From NCBI RefSeq assembly GCF_009914755.1, contig NC_060935.1: a DNA stretch of 64,000 nt. The stretch is one strand, 5' to 3'. The translations under genes were made by a program, and so were the position numbers. Each line of letters starts with the position of its first letter. Within the stretch, counting starts at the first letter, position 1. The notes under the pieces are model-generated. The model did not search any database. It was not told the origin of the DNA and saw only the letters and a list, made by a program, of their open reading frames with translations. This DNA comes from the human T2T-CHM13v2.0 reference genome, Homo sapiens. Positions 42,481-55,544 of the stretch are shown here, piece after piece.

Positions 42481-45400
42481 CTTGCCCAGTGTCCTGTTGC
42501 ATTTTGCGATTTTTTTTTCTAGTAGTTTCATAGTTTCAGGTCTTACAGTTAAGGCTTTAATCCCTTATAAGGTAGAGACTGTCCTTCCCCCAATGTAAGT
42601 TCTTGGTGCCTTTGTCAAAAATGAGTTGGCTGTAAGTATGTATATTTATTTCTGGACTCTCTATTCTATTCCATTGCTCTATAGTTTTGTTTTTATGCCA
42701 GTAGTATAAAACATACTACTGGCATAAAAACAGTAGTTTTTATGGAATTTGGATTACCATACCCTTGTAGTAAAATTTGAAATCAGAGCGGTGATTCCAG
42801 CTTTGTGCTTTTTGCTCAAGATTGCTTTAGTTATTACAAATCTTCTGTGGTTCCATACAAATTTTTAAATTGTGTTTTCTATTTCTGTGAAGAATGTCAT
42901 TAGTATTTTGATAGGGAGTACATTGAATCTGTAGATTGCTTTGGGTAATATGGACATTTTATGTATTATTTCTTCCAATCCATAAGCATGGGATATCCTT
43001 CCTTTTTTTGGTGACCTCTTTAATTTGTTTCATCAGTGTTTTATAGTTTTCTTTGTAGAGATCTTCCACTTTTTTGGTTAAATTTATTCCTAGGCATTTT
43101 ATTTCATTTTTGGTAGCTATTGCAAATGGGATTCCTTTATTGACTTCTATTTTAGATTGATTGCTGTTAGTGTACAGAAACACTACTGATTTTGTATGTT
43201 GATTTGTATACTGTGACTTTAATGAATTTGTTTATCCATTCTAATAATTTTCTAGTGGAGTCTTAAGGTTTTACTTAGTCTATTTTATCAGATATAAGTA
43301 CAGCTACTCTGCTCTTTTTTGGTTTCCATTTGCATGGAATATTTTTTCTATCCTTTCACTTTCAGCCTGTGTGTATCTTTATAGGTGAAGTGAGTTTCTT
43401 GTAGGCAGCATATGGTTGGATCTTATTTTTAATCCACTCAGCCACCTCTGTCTTTTAAATAGAGAATTTAGTTCGTTTATATTCGAGTTATTATTGACAG
43501 GTAAGAACTTACTACTCCCATTTGTTGCTTATTTTCTAGTTGTTTTGTAATTTCTTCCTTTTTTTCTTTCTTCCTTTCTTTTGTTCTGGCTAGGCGTTTT
43601 TCTCTAGTAGTACATTTTAATTTACTGCTTTTTATTGTTAGTGTATCTGTTATAGGTTTTTGCTTAGTGATTACCATGAGCTTACAAAAACATTCTATAG
43701 TTATAACAAATACTTAAAACTAATACCAACTTAACTATAATTGCAAAAAAGGAAAACAAACAAACCAAGAAAAAACTCTGCACACATTAGCGCTTTTCTG
43801 CCCCTAGATTTTAAAATTTTGGTATCACAATTTGCATTTTTTATATTGCCTAACCCTTAACAAATTGTTGTAATTATCATTCTTAATAGTTTCATCTTTT
43901 AGTCTTCTTACTAAAGATATAAGTGGTTTAAACAGCAAAGTACAATATCTGTATAACAATCACATTGGCATCCTTTTCTTTTGGTTTGAAGAAACTCTAA
44001 CTCTTAACAAATTGTTGTAATTAAAATTTTATTAGTTTCATCTTTTAGTCTTCTTACTAACGATATAAGTGGTTTAAACACCACAAGTACAATAACAATC
44101 ACATTGATATCCTTTTCTTTTGGTTTGAAGAACTCCATTTATCATTACTTGTAGGACAGATCTGGTAGTGATAAATTCCCTCAACTTTTGTTTATGTGGG
44201 AAATTCTTTATCTTTCCTTCATTTTCGCAGGATAATCTTGCTGAATGCAGTATTCTTGGTTGGCATTTTTTTTCCTTCAGTACTCTGAATATATCATCTC
44301 ACTTCCTCCTGGACTGTAGGATTTCTGCTGAGAAGTTTGCTGCCAGTCATATTAGATCTCCATTACATGTTATTTGCTTCTTTTCTCTTGTTGCTTTCAG
44401 GATCCTTTTTTCGTCTGTGGCTTTTGTGAATTTGTTATTCTTCTTTGGGTTGAATCTGATCAGTGACTTTTGGCTTTCATGTATCTTGATATTTATATCT
44501 TTCTCCATTCGGAACATTTTATTATATGTTTGAATCAGATTTCTACACCTTTTTTTTTTCTCAGTTCTCTCTTGAATTCCAATAACATGAATATTTACTC
44601 TTTAGATGTTGTCCCATAGATCTTGTAAGCTTTGCTCATTCTTTTTCAGTTTTTCCTGTTTTTGTCTTCTGTGTATTTTCAAATAGTCTGTCTTTGAGCT
44701 CACTGATTCTTTCTTCTACTTGATCAATTCTGCTTTTGATGATCTCTAGTGCATTTTCCGTTCTATTCGTTGTATTTTTCAGCTGCAGGATTGCTGCTTG
44801 ACTTTCAAAAATTATTTCAATCTCTCTGTTAAATTGCTTTGATAAGTTTTTGCATTGATTTTCTGTGATTTTTGAAGTTTGTTGAGCTTCCTTAAAACAG
44901 TTATTTTGATTCTTTGAGAGATCACACATCTCCATTACTTTACGGTTAGGCACCTTATTTTGTCTGCTTGTTGAGATCATATTTCTCTCAATGTTCTTGA
45001 TGCTTGTGGAAGTATGACAATGTCTGTGCATTGAGAGATGAGGTATGTACTTCAGTCTTCTCAGTCTGTTTTACCTGTCCTACTTCAGAGAGACTTTCAG
45101 AGATTCTAAGCAGACTAATTGTTGTGTTCCTTGAGTCTGTGACCACTGCAGCCATCTCACCAGTAGGGGACCCTCTAAGCCTAGGCTTGCCTTAAGTCTC
45201 TCAAGAGCTCCAAGATTGCCACAGATTTCCACCCCAGATGGATCTGGGGAAGATCCAAGGAGGATATGGGGGCTGTGTGGGGATTCTGGCCAAGAACCTC
45301 CAGAAGACAGTCTAGAAGACTGTCCCAGTGTCCCAGCTGATCATGCCTCCCAGCAGACCGTTCCATGACTCCCAGCAGCAGTAACTGGGGTTGGAGTGGA

Positions 45401-45600
45401 GACTTGGTGTCTTTGGGATCTGCTGTGGAGAGAAGGCTGGTGGGCCCATCTTCTTGGCTCATATGGGCATGTGTCACCCAGCAGGTCACTCACAAGTGGG
45501 GTAAATTCTTGACTGCAATAGGAGAAGCTGAAGATAGGACTGGGTATCTTGGGATCTGCTCTGGGATGGAGGCTGGTGTGCCTGTCACACTCGCTCAGAC
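42481..45600 (-). mobile_element. L1MA/L1M2-like element in several deleted pieces (ORF2, ORF1, 5' region)
   Basis: ORF2 remnant [16 protein letters not shown] (43183-42959); ORF1 coiled-coil remnant SRIDQVEERISELKDRLFENTQ (45031-44636). Confidence 0.8.
43851..44135. repeat. ~147-bp diverged tandem duplication
   Basis: cttaacaaattgttgtaatta...tagtttcatcttttagtcttcttactaa...ccttttcttttggtttgaagaa present twice (43851, 43998). Confidence 0.95.
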
Positions 45601-46318
45601 AGACCATTTTCTGATATTCTTCATTGGATATTTTAAAGTTGGAATTCATTTGGATAAATGAATACCTATTTATCCAAAGGAAATAATAGTTCAAAACTAA
45701 AACTACCTATGATACAAATTAAATAATGACTCTGGTGATCGTGAAAATACAGAGTTAGAGGAGATTTTTATATAAAACCTGTGAAGCTTGTATTTTCTGT
45801 ATTGTATTTGTTGCTACAATAGTTACTTATTGCCTGAGATTTCTTCTGAGATGCCAGTTATCTTAAGCCTGTGTATCTTTCTGGTGGTTCTCTGGAGAGA
45901 GGTTGAGATTGCTTTTTCCTTTTAAATAGTCAGTACTTGAGTGGTATGGAGGAGCTGCACACAGACATGTACACTTTGGAGCCAATTCAAATATTAGAGC
46001 CAAAAGTCAAAAGAGAAAAGGTAAACAAACTTTAAAATGTGAGGGCAAGAGTGTAAATCAGACAAATGATTTGGTATGAAGAATATATAGCATGGTGCAT
46101 CAAATTTAGAGAAGATAAACATAATTAGTAGAACTAGAGGTAAACTGGAAGTGTTGACATGAACTCTCACTGTCTGAAAAAAAGAGATAATTTCTTTACT
46201 GCTGTCACTAAACTACCTCATATGATCATGTGAAATAATGAAATATACATCTTTAGTAAACATATTCAGGCCTCTGCTACCATTTTCCAAAAAATGTTCT
46301 TTGCAGAAAAGCTGTTAT

Positions 46319-46384
46319 AAGAACTCAAGATGAGCTAAGCTATAACAAGAACTCAAGATGAGCTAAGCTATAACAAGATGAGCT
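46319..46384. repeat. 28-bp perfect tandem duplication plus a partial third unit
   Basis: AAGAACTCAAGATGAGCTAAGCTATAAC at 46319 and 46347, then AAGATGAGCT. Confidence 0.95.
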
Positions 46385-47314
46385 TAAAAAAGTAAATAAT
46401 GACTGTGATCAATTACAAGTTATGAAAGACCATATGTCCATGGTAATGCTCAAATGAGACAAATAATATGAATTGTTCTGATATGAGTCAATTGATTGAT
46501 ATAAGCTTATAGAAATTATAAATATCCAAGCCATGGTGGTGGAAGTGTGTTCACATCCGGGGTGGGAGTGTGGGCTATGAAGGCATAAATTGGTCTTGAT
46601 GGTTCTCAGTTCATACCATCGAAATTACCCAGATAAAGGGATACTAAATCAGTGCCAGGAGTTCTCTGGGAGAAATTGCTTTTTTGGATGTTGAAAAGCA
46701 GTAGGCAGAGATAATGTTAAGGAACACATGGACAATGCCTCAGATTTTTCCTCCATATGGAACTGTGTCCTCGCTGACAATGAGTTTGGTTTGAGAGGAA
46801 GGAAGGTCCTGTACATCTTAAATGTTTCCTTTAGGAGTGTAGATTATAAGTTCTTCCTGAATAGTATACTTAGAAGTTTTCCTTCTGTATTCTATATCTT
46901 TCCTATATTTCCAATCTCTTCCTTTCCACTGGTTATTTCTCCTTAGCCTGTAAGCATATTAAAACCTCTACTCTCCTATAAACAAAAAGCAAGCAAACAA
47001 AACCAAAACAAACAACAAAAATACCACATGCCAACCAGAAGCAATGTCCACAGATCAAAACTCCTAATCCCCCTCAACTGCACATGTTCATATTTCCTCT
47101 CATCTGAACGTTTTGCCTCATAAAATTTGGGTGGTGCCACTTTATCAAAAATTTAATTCTAACTTTGGGGAATGTCATTTTATGAAAATTTTAATTCTAA
47201 CTTAGAAAAACCTCATAAACTTGTAACAATGTTTTATAAAGACAGTATACTTATTCACGTATTTATCTTTTTTTGCCTTCTTGGTCTCAGACCATCTTTC
47301 TAGGGTTATTTTTC

Positions 47315-50300
47315 TTTTTCTTTTTCTTACTTATAATTGTGGTAAAATACATATAACATAAAATTTACTACCTTAACCATTTTTAAGTATGCAGTCGGCT
47401 AAAATTTGTTGTAATGTCCCTTCTTTAACTTCTAGTTTTGAGTCCACTCTCTTTTTTTGGTCGATGTAGCTAAAGTTTTTCCAATTTAAAAAAATCTTTC
47501 CAAAGAACCAGCTCTTGATTTCATTGATTTTTTCTATTTTTTTTCTATTTTCTATTTTGTCTATCTGCCCTAATCTTTATTATTTCCTTCCTTCTGCTAA
47601 CTTTGGATTTAGTTTGCTCTTTTTCTCTTTCCTTAATGTGTAAAGTTAAGTTGTTGATTTGAAGTCTTTTTTCTTTTTTAATATTCACTTTTACAGCTAT
47701 AATTTTCCCCCTTAGCATTGATTTTGCTGCATCCTACATATTTTCATATGTTGTGTTTTCAGTGTCATTTGCCTCAAGATATTTTCTAATTTTCCTTGTG
47801 ATTTCTTTTTTGACCCACTGTTGTTTAAGAGTGTGCTATTTAATTTCCACAAGTTTGTGCATTTCCAGTATTCTTTCTGCTACTGATTTTATTCAATTGT
47901 GATCAGAAAAGATACTTTGTATGACCTCAATATTTTAAAATTTATTAAAGTTTGTTTTGTGGCCTAACATATGGTCTATCCTGGGAAATAATCCATGTGC
48001 TCTTGAGAAAAGTGTGTATTCTGCTATTGGTGGGTGGAGTGTTCTGTATATGTTTGTTAGGCCCACCTGGTCTATGGTGTTGTTCAAGTCCTCTATTTCC
48101 TTATTGATCTTCTGTCTTATTGTTCCCTTTCCACTGTTTTAAGAGTGCAATTCACTGGCATTTAGTACATTTCCAATGCCATGCAACTAGCACCACTATC
48201 TAGTTCCAGAATGCTTTTTTTCATCCCAAACAGAAACTCTGTGTCTATAAAGCCATCTTTATCATTCTCCCTAGACCTTGGTGACTACTATTCTACCTCT
48301 GTCTTTATAAATTTGCCTATTCTATGTATATAATATAAGTGAAATCATACTTCATCTGTCCTTTTGGGTCTGGCTTATTTCACTTAGTATAATATTTTAA
48401 AGGTTTACATACACTGTAGCATATATTAGAATTTCACTTTTTTTAAGGTTACAGTATTATTCCATTGTATGAATATACTGCTTTTGTTTATCCATTCATC
48501 TCTTGATAGACATTTGGGTTGTTCACATCTTTTGATTATTGTGAATAATGCTGCTATGAACATTGGTGTGCAAGTATCTGTTTGAGTCCTGATTTTAATT
48601 CTTTAGGGCATATGCCTGGGAGTGAAATTGCTGGATCATATAATGATTCTATGTCTAACTTTATGAGGAACTACCACACCGTTTTCTATAGTGTCTGCAC
48701 CATAGTGCTTGCATTCCCACTAATAGTGCATAAATGTTCCAATTTCTTCATATGCTTGCTTGCCGACTCCTGTTATTTTCTGTTTTTGGTTTGTTTGTTT
48801 GTTTCTAACAACTATCCTAATGTGTTGAAGTGGTATCTCATTGTGGTTTTGATTTGCATTTCTTTAAAAGGGAGTGATGTTGAGTGTCTTTTCATGTTTA
48901 GTCCCCTTTTAAATTGTTGTCATTTGTTTTTCTTTTACATATGTTATGAACATCATAATACATTGTTAATGTTTTTCTTTAAGCAGTCAGTTATCCTTTA
49001 AGGGGATTAGGAAATAAAAAGAAAAAAGTTAGATTTACTGTATCTGGCATTCTTTGTTCCTTTGTGTAGATAAAATTTCCGTCTGATGTCATTGTCCTCC
49101 TGTCTGAAGATGTACCTCTAACATTTCTTGTGGTGAAAGTCTCTCAGCTTTTTGTTTCTCTGAAAAAGTCTTTATTTGCCTTCATTTTTGATATTGTTGC
49201 TGGGTATAAAAATGTAGATTGGCAGTTTTTTTTCTTTTTATGTTTAAATACTATTATTCACTTTTCTTAGGGCTTGGGTGGTTTTAATGAGGAATCTATT
49301 TTTTCCATTTTTCCTTCTCTGTATGTAACATCTCCTCCTGCCTCCCTGGCCACTTTTAAGCTTTTCTCCTTATCCTTGGCTCTCAGATGTTTAACTATGC
49401 TGTTCATTGGTGTGGTTCTTGGCATATTTATTCTTCTTAGGCTTTTAAAAACTTCTTGAGTGTGTAGATTTATTATTCTCATCAATTGTAGAAATATTTT
49501 GGCTATTATTTTCTCAAGTAGTTTTTTTGTGGGGGAGTTCTTTCCCTCTTCTTTCTTTCTCAGACTTAAATTACACAAATTTTAGTCTGCTTGGTATTTT
49601 TCCATTGGCTACTTGCTCTGTTATTTTTCCCTTTTGCCTTCCATGCTTCATTTTGGCTGTTTTTCCTATATTATCTAATCTGCTGTTAATCTGATTCAGT
49701 GCGTTTTTTATTTCAGCTACTGATTTTTTAAATCACTAGAGGTTAAATTCAGGTCTTCTTTTATGTTTTAGAAAGTGTTGGACTCTTTTTTTTCTGTCAT
49801 ATAGTTAGGTTACTTGGGGGTTCAATTATTTTGAAGCTTAGTTTTAAGTTTTATTAGTTTGAGTTCAGAGTAGTCTTTAGTCTAGAATTAGCTTCACAAC
49901 AAAGGCTACCTTTGAATTCCCTGTTGTACACTTTTTCTGATGCTCCATGTATTATGAGGCATCATGTTTTTCTCCACTCTGACAGGTGAGAACATGAACT
50001 AGTTAAAATTCACTGTGAGCTCCAGAAATTGTTTGGCCAACTGCTTTACACATAGAGTTTCAGACCATGCATGTGCATATCCCTATTCAGCTAAATATTT
50101 GAGGACTCCCATGTGTGGATCCCTGGTGCTCTCTTTCTGTGCAGTCGTCCTCTTTCTAGTGTTCTTTCACATATGTTCTAGCTACTTCACCTCCCTGAAC
50201 TCCAGTCTTACTCTCCTCAATTCAGAGAGAATGTTGGGCTTTGTTTAGGTCTCCTTCTCTGCTCTGTGGCCTGGAAACTTCCACAAAGCAATGATCTGAG

Positions 50301-50470
50301 ATAATTATAGGACTCATTTCATTTGTTTTTATTTTCTCAAGGATCACTGCCCTGTGCTGCATATTGTCAAATGTCTGCAAACCATTGTTTCATGTACTTT
50401 GTCCAATTTTCTAGTTGTTTAAGGATGAATCTAGACTCAGCTATTACATCTTAAATGGAAGTGGAAGTTC
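47315..50470 (-). mobile_element. Nested old L1M pieces (L1MB 3' ends, ORF2 EN region, ORF1/5' region)
   Basis: gtggtaaaatacatataacataaaatttac; tttgtggcctaacatatggtctatcctgg; gtgaataatgctgctatgaacattggtgt; ORF1-like IVKHLRAKDKEKSLKVARE. Confidence 0.75.
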
Positions 50471-50564
50471 TCATCTAAACTTTTAGAACAATATTTTATT
50501 GCTATTTTGGGGGTAAAATATTTATATTTTCTTTTTTAAACTAAATTTTCCTCAGCTCTTAAAA

Positions 50565-51482
50565 AAATAAACTTTATTATTTAGAGAAGTTTAAGGTTCC
50601 CAGCAAACATGAGAGGAAGGTAGAGAGATTTCTCATATGCCCCCTACCCGTACAACACATGCATAGCCTCCCCCTATTATCAGCATCCCCACTAGCCCTC
50701 ACCAGAGTGGTACATTTGTTACAGTTTATGAACGTACATTGACACATCATTATCACCCAAAGTCCATAGTTTATATTAGGGCTCACTCTTGGTGTTGTAC
50801 ATGCTATGGGTTTTGGCAAATGTACAATGACATGTATTATTATAGTATTGTATGAAGTATTTCCTCTGTCTTAAAAATACTTGCTCTGCCTATTCATTTC
50901 TCTTTCCCCATAACCCTTGGCAATTACTGATCTTTTTATTGTCTCCATAGTTTTGCCTTTTCCAGAATGTGATATAGTTGGAATCATACAATATGCAGCC
51001 TTTTCAGATTGGCTTCCTTCATTTAGTAATATGCATTTAAGTTTCTTCCATGTGTTTTCATGGAAAAAATAGATAAGGAATGGATAATTCATTTCTTTTT
51101 AGCACTGAATAATATTCCATTATTTGGATGTGCCACAGTTTACCCATTTATCTACTGAAGGACATCTTGGTTGACTCCAAATTTTGGCAATTATGAATAA
51201 AGCTGCTATTAACATCCATGTATAGGTTTTTGTATGGATATAAGTTTTCAACTTCTCTGGGTAAATACCCAGGATTATTATTGCTGAATTGTATGGTAAG
51301 AGTATGCTTAGTTTTCTAAGAAACTGTCAAACTGTCTCCCAAAGTGGCTATACCATTTTGGATACCTACCAGCAATGAATGAGAATTCCTGTTGCTCCAC
51401 ATCCTCACTGGCATTTGATATTGTCAATGTTCTCAATTTTGGCTATTCAAGTAGGTATATAGTGGTATCTCAGTGTTGTTTT
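50565..51482 (-). mobile_element. L1MC1-like 3' end
   Basis: aactttattatttagagaagtttaaggttc...acatcattatcacccaaagtccatagtttatattagggctcactcttgg. Confidence 0.85.
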
Positions 51483-51629
51483 CAAGTCTTAAACAATTTT
51501 TTTTAGTAAATATTAAAAACCCAGAAATATAGAAACCAATGTTACAAATCCCTATATATACTATAATTGAGTATTGTTAATTTGTTTCACATCTTTTTTA
51601 AAATAATAATGATATTAAATATATAATAA

Positions 51630-53025
51630 ATAGATTTTCTATGTATCAGGCATTATTCTAGATGTTTTACATATATGGGCTTACTTAATCTTCCCAAAAA
51701 TGTATCATTTCAGTGTAAGGAATGATACTGTTGTACAAATGAGGCAAATGAATAATACAGTAGTTAAGTAGTATGCCCAAGTGTACAGGATCTCTGGGGT
51801 GTCAGTTTTCTGGTGGGAAACCTCTACGTGGCCCTTTGTCCGAGTTCTTTTCCTGCATCCAAGAAGAATGAGGTATGCAGACAAATGAAGGGTGAACAAG
51901 ATGAAGATGAGCTTTACTGAGTGTTAGAACAGCTCAGAGGAGACCCGCAGTGGGTAGCTCCTCTGTAGGCAGGTCATCCATTGAGTGTTAGTTATAAGCA
52001 GAGAGTAAGCCCTGGAGAGGGTAGCTCCACTCTGCTACTGCTCTTCCTGATGTCAGCTCCCTGTGGAAAGGAGGCCCTGGAGAGGGTGGCTCCTCTCTGC
52101 CACAAGTCTGCAGCTCTCAGCAGAGACAGTAGCTCCTCTCTGCAGTTGGTTGTCCCATCATCTCCAGCTATCAGCAGAGAGGTTACTCTCAGCAGAGAGG
52201 GTACTCCTCTCTGCAGCTGGTCATTAGGTGGTCTCTCTGTCCTCTCCATCCTCTGGTCATCGTCTGCCTTGCTCTGGCTGAGCCCAGGCCTTTTATGGAT
52301 GTCAGAGGGGAGGAAGTGCCTGCTGATTGGTCCATGGGCAGCCATGGCAGGTCTGGAAAAGGCAACACAAGTCCCCATTCCAGTCGGAGGGACTGGCAGC
52401 CTGGCCTCCAGCCTTCAAGCCCTCCTTGGTCTGAAGGTGGGGGCCTTACTGGGGACCCACCCCCTTCCACCCCAGACTGTGTCTAGCAGAGAGAGGCCAG
52501 GCAGTGGGAGCAGACACCCCTGAGCCTGCAGGGACAGGCAGGGGGCCTTCCCCACCCCCAAGGGTGCAGGCTGCAGAGACGCCTGGGTCCTGCACCTGGG
52601 AAGGCAGCTGCAGCTGCACCCAGGAAGCTTCTGCCCCACCAACTAGGAAGGAATGGGGTTCCTGCTTGTCCCCAGCTCCTGCCCACTCCCTCATGGAGTG
52701 GAAGGCCCAGGTCTGCAGCAGCAGGTCAGGCAGTTGCAACTGCACCCAGGCAGACAGATCCTGCCTGCTCCTGGCCCCCTTCAAGAGCACAGGGAGACCT
52801 GGATCCACAGCTGCAGCTTGGGTGGCCGTAGCCCCGCGCAGGAGGGCAGGGCTCCCACCAGCTCCATGGAGTGTGCAGCCCCAGCCGCCCCTCCCTGCTG
52901 CAGCTAGCATAATGGCAGCAGCCACTGCCATCACAATGTAATGCAACTAGTAAATGGAGGAGGGATATGAATCCAGGGAGTCTGGCTGCAGAATTGAGCT
53001 AATAACCACTACACTATACTGTTTC
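51630..53025 (-). mobile_element. MIR split by the MER52 LTR (~51630-51781 and ~52934-53025)
   Basis: ...gttaagtagtatgcccaag | ...gcaactagtaaatggagg...gaatccagggagtctggctgcaga is contiguous in the MIR consensus. Confidence 0.65.
51782..52933 (-). mobile_element. MER52-type ERV1 solo LTR, GC-rich
   Basis: Minus strand starts tgatggcagtggctgcc; TG/CA termini; flanks CAAG/CAAT; internal ggtagctcctctctg repeats. Confidence 0.8.
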
Positions 53026-53344
53026 TCATAATTATTGAGACAGATCAAGTAGGAATTCTCTGTTCTTGATCCCAGTCCTTTTTTCCTTATTCCTAGGCAC
53101 ATAAAATGATGAAACTTTTTTATCCTTTTAGTTCATTTTAACACTTTTATCTTCATTTACAACATATTAATAAATAATGGGTAGGATTTTTGTGTTTTAA
53201 AACTTACATAAAAGGTATCACATCCTACATATAATTCTATGGCTGGCTTTTAAACCATATTTTATTTTTGAAGATATAATTCATGTTGAGACATATATAA
53301 TTGTATTTTTGTTTGCTTAGTTGTCTGTTACATATTGCTAATTC

Positions 53345-55130
53345 TAGCTAAACACTCTAAAAAATTGCAAAATCCATTTCCGGTAGTCAAGCACATCAGG
53401 GAATCTCCCCCTGTTTGTTCCCCCTTTCCCAGGGCTGTGCCTTCTCCTGCTCCCTTTTGTACTAGTTGCTCTCCAGCTAGTCTTTCCCTTTGACTCCCTC
53501 CTGTGCAGGATTCTCTGTTTCTTTGATCTTGTGGATTTCCTTTTTTTTGGTTTGCTTTCTCTTTTTGATGGATATTTTCTCTGGTTACTTCCTAAGAAAG
53601 GGTGCATGGAAAGTAAATTTTTTGAAACTGAGCTTTCTGTAATTATCTTTATTCTACTCTTTATTTCACACTTGCTTGATAATTTGTCTGAGTATAGGTT
53701 CTAGACTGAGATCATTTTCTCCCTGACTTGTGAAGACATTGTTCTGATGTGTTCTAGCTGACAGTGGAGCTGATTGTAGATAGGTTATATGTGAGCTATT
53801 TTTGTTTTCCCTCCATGTAGGCTTTTGACGGTTTTTCTTTAGCCTTGGTGTTCTAAAATTTCAAAATGAATGTGCGTTGATATAGGTTTTTTTTTTTTTA
53901 ATTTTTAACCTTGCTAGACACAGGTTGCAACATTTAATTCTGGAAACTCCTTTCCTTCATTTTTCGAAATTTAAAAATGTTATTTTTAAAAAATCATTTT
54001 CTCCCCTCTGCCTTTCTGTTCTTTCTTTCTGATTATTTCATTGTTGAACTTCCTAGACTGATCTTACCTCTTTTCTCCTATTTTTTATTTCTCTATCTTT
54101 TTGTTCAGTTTTCTGTGACATGCCCTCAACTTTATCTTTCACCCTTTCTATTGACTTTCTCTTATTTCAGTTACTACAGTTTTTAAAAATTTCAAGACCT
54201 TTTAATTATTCTCTGAATGTTCCTTTTTATAACAACCTATTTTTGTCTGTTCTTCTGTCATGAATATAATCTTCTCTTATTTCTCAGAGAATATTACAGT
54301 TAAAAAAATTTTCTCCTCCTCTTTCGATTGTCTCTATTTTCATTTTCTGGTTGGTTTGGTCTCCTTTTTTATTCTGCGGATTTTCTTAAAAGGTTTTGGT
54401 GTCCTTGGTTGACCTTTCCTATTTAAGAGCAAGGCACTTGGATCTCCATTATGGGTGGTGCTTCACTGTGAGGTGGTCGAGCAGGGAACTTGCTGGTTTA
54501 TTTAGAAACCCACAAATATCCATGTCTGTAGGTCTGTTCTCTTGGGACATTCAGCTTCCCCGGAGAATAATCTACCAATTTGGAATCTATTCACATAGGA
54601 TTATAACTTGGAGCTAAGAAATGAAAGGAGGCTGCGAGTCTCACTTTCCTCAAATCCTGATTTTCATTAGGCATCTGTCTGTCACTCTTTTGTTGGCCTG
54701 GTCTCCTTCAATATGGAGCCTTTTTGGTTAGTGTAACCACAGAATGAACCACCTATCTCCTGCTGGATTGAGAAAGGGTTGTTGCTCAGCTTTGCAAGAG
54801 GTACTCCAGGATCTACTTTTTCACTTTTAGTTCATCTTTTCCATCCCCCAGGTCCACCCCTGCCCTCTGTAGCTCATGGTGCTATAGAGCATGGAGACAT
54901 CCAGTGTCCTGTCCCATGGTTTGGCACTGGCACACACTTGCTACTCAGCGTTCTCAGGTCTGTGAATACCACCCCTTCTCCTTATCATCCATCAGCTAGT
55001 GTTATCACTCACCTTCCATTCTCTTTGTCCATGTGGGTTTATAGCACTTGTAATTCTTTATTCTCATTTCAGTGGTGTACTGGGAGCGAGAAGAGATCTA
55101 TTTACACGTTTAAACAGCTGTGTTTAACTG
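53345..55130 (-). mobile_element. Second HAL1 element, degenerate
   Basis: ttcctaagaaagggtgcatggaaagtaaattttttga...cacttgcttgataatttg is the reverse-complement homolog of ~19940-20030. Confidence 0.6.
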
Positions 55131-55544
55131 ATAGTTGGCATGACTGTTTCTATCCTTTTAGTTTTTAAACTTTTTTCCCCTCATTACCTACTTTATATGA
55201 AAAATGTAACTCATTTCAACCACAATACAAGCTTCCACCATTAGATGAGGAACTCAGTCCTAGTTCTTAGCTTTATGCAGGAAGGCAGTCAGCCTCTAGT
55301 TCTCTGCTGCCTTTTAGGTGTGTTTGGTTTCTATTCTTCCATAGGATTAAAATCTCAGCAGCCACATTTATGGTCCTGTTGCCCTGTTGACCTCATGACT
55401 CTAGTCCACTGCAGTTCAACTCCATTTTCACAGAAAAATGTAATCTTGTGTTTTGAAACATACACACATTTCCCCCTCTAGTTTAGAGTTTATAAAGGAG
55501 GAGGTCTCTTAAGATACTGGTTCTGCTACTTTGATCATTAGCCC

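Noticed and set aside
51981-52946. Cluster of overlapping 60-180 aa ORFs
   Set aside because: Expected in a GC-rich LTR with few stop codons; no recognisable domain
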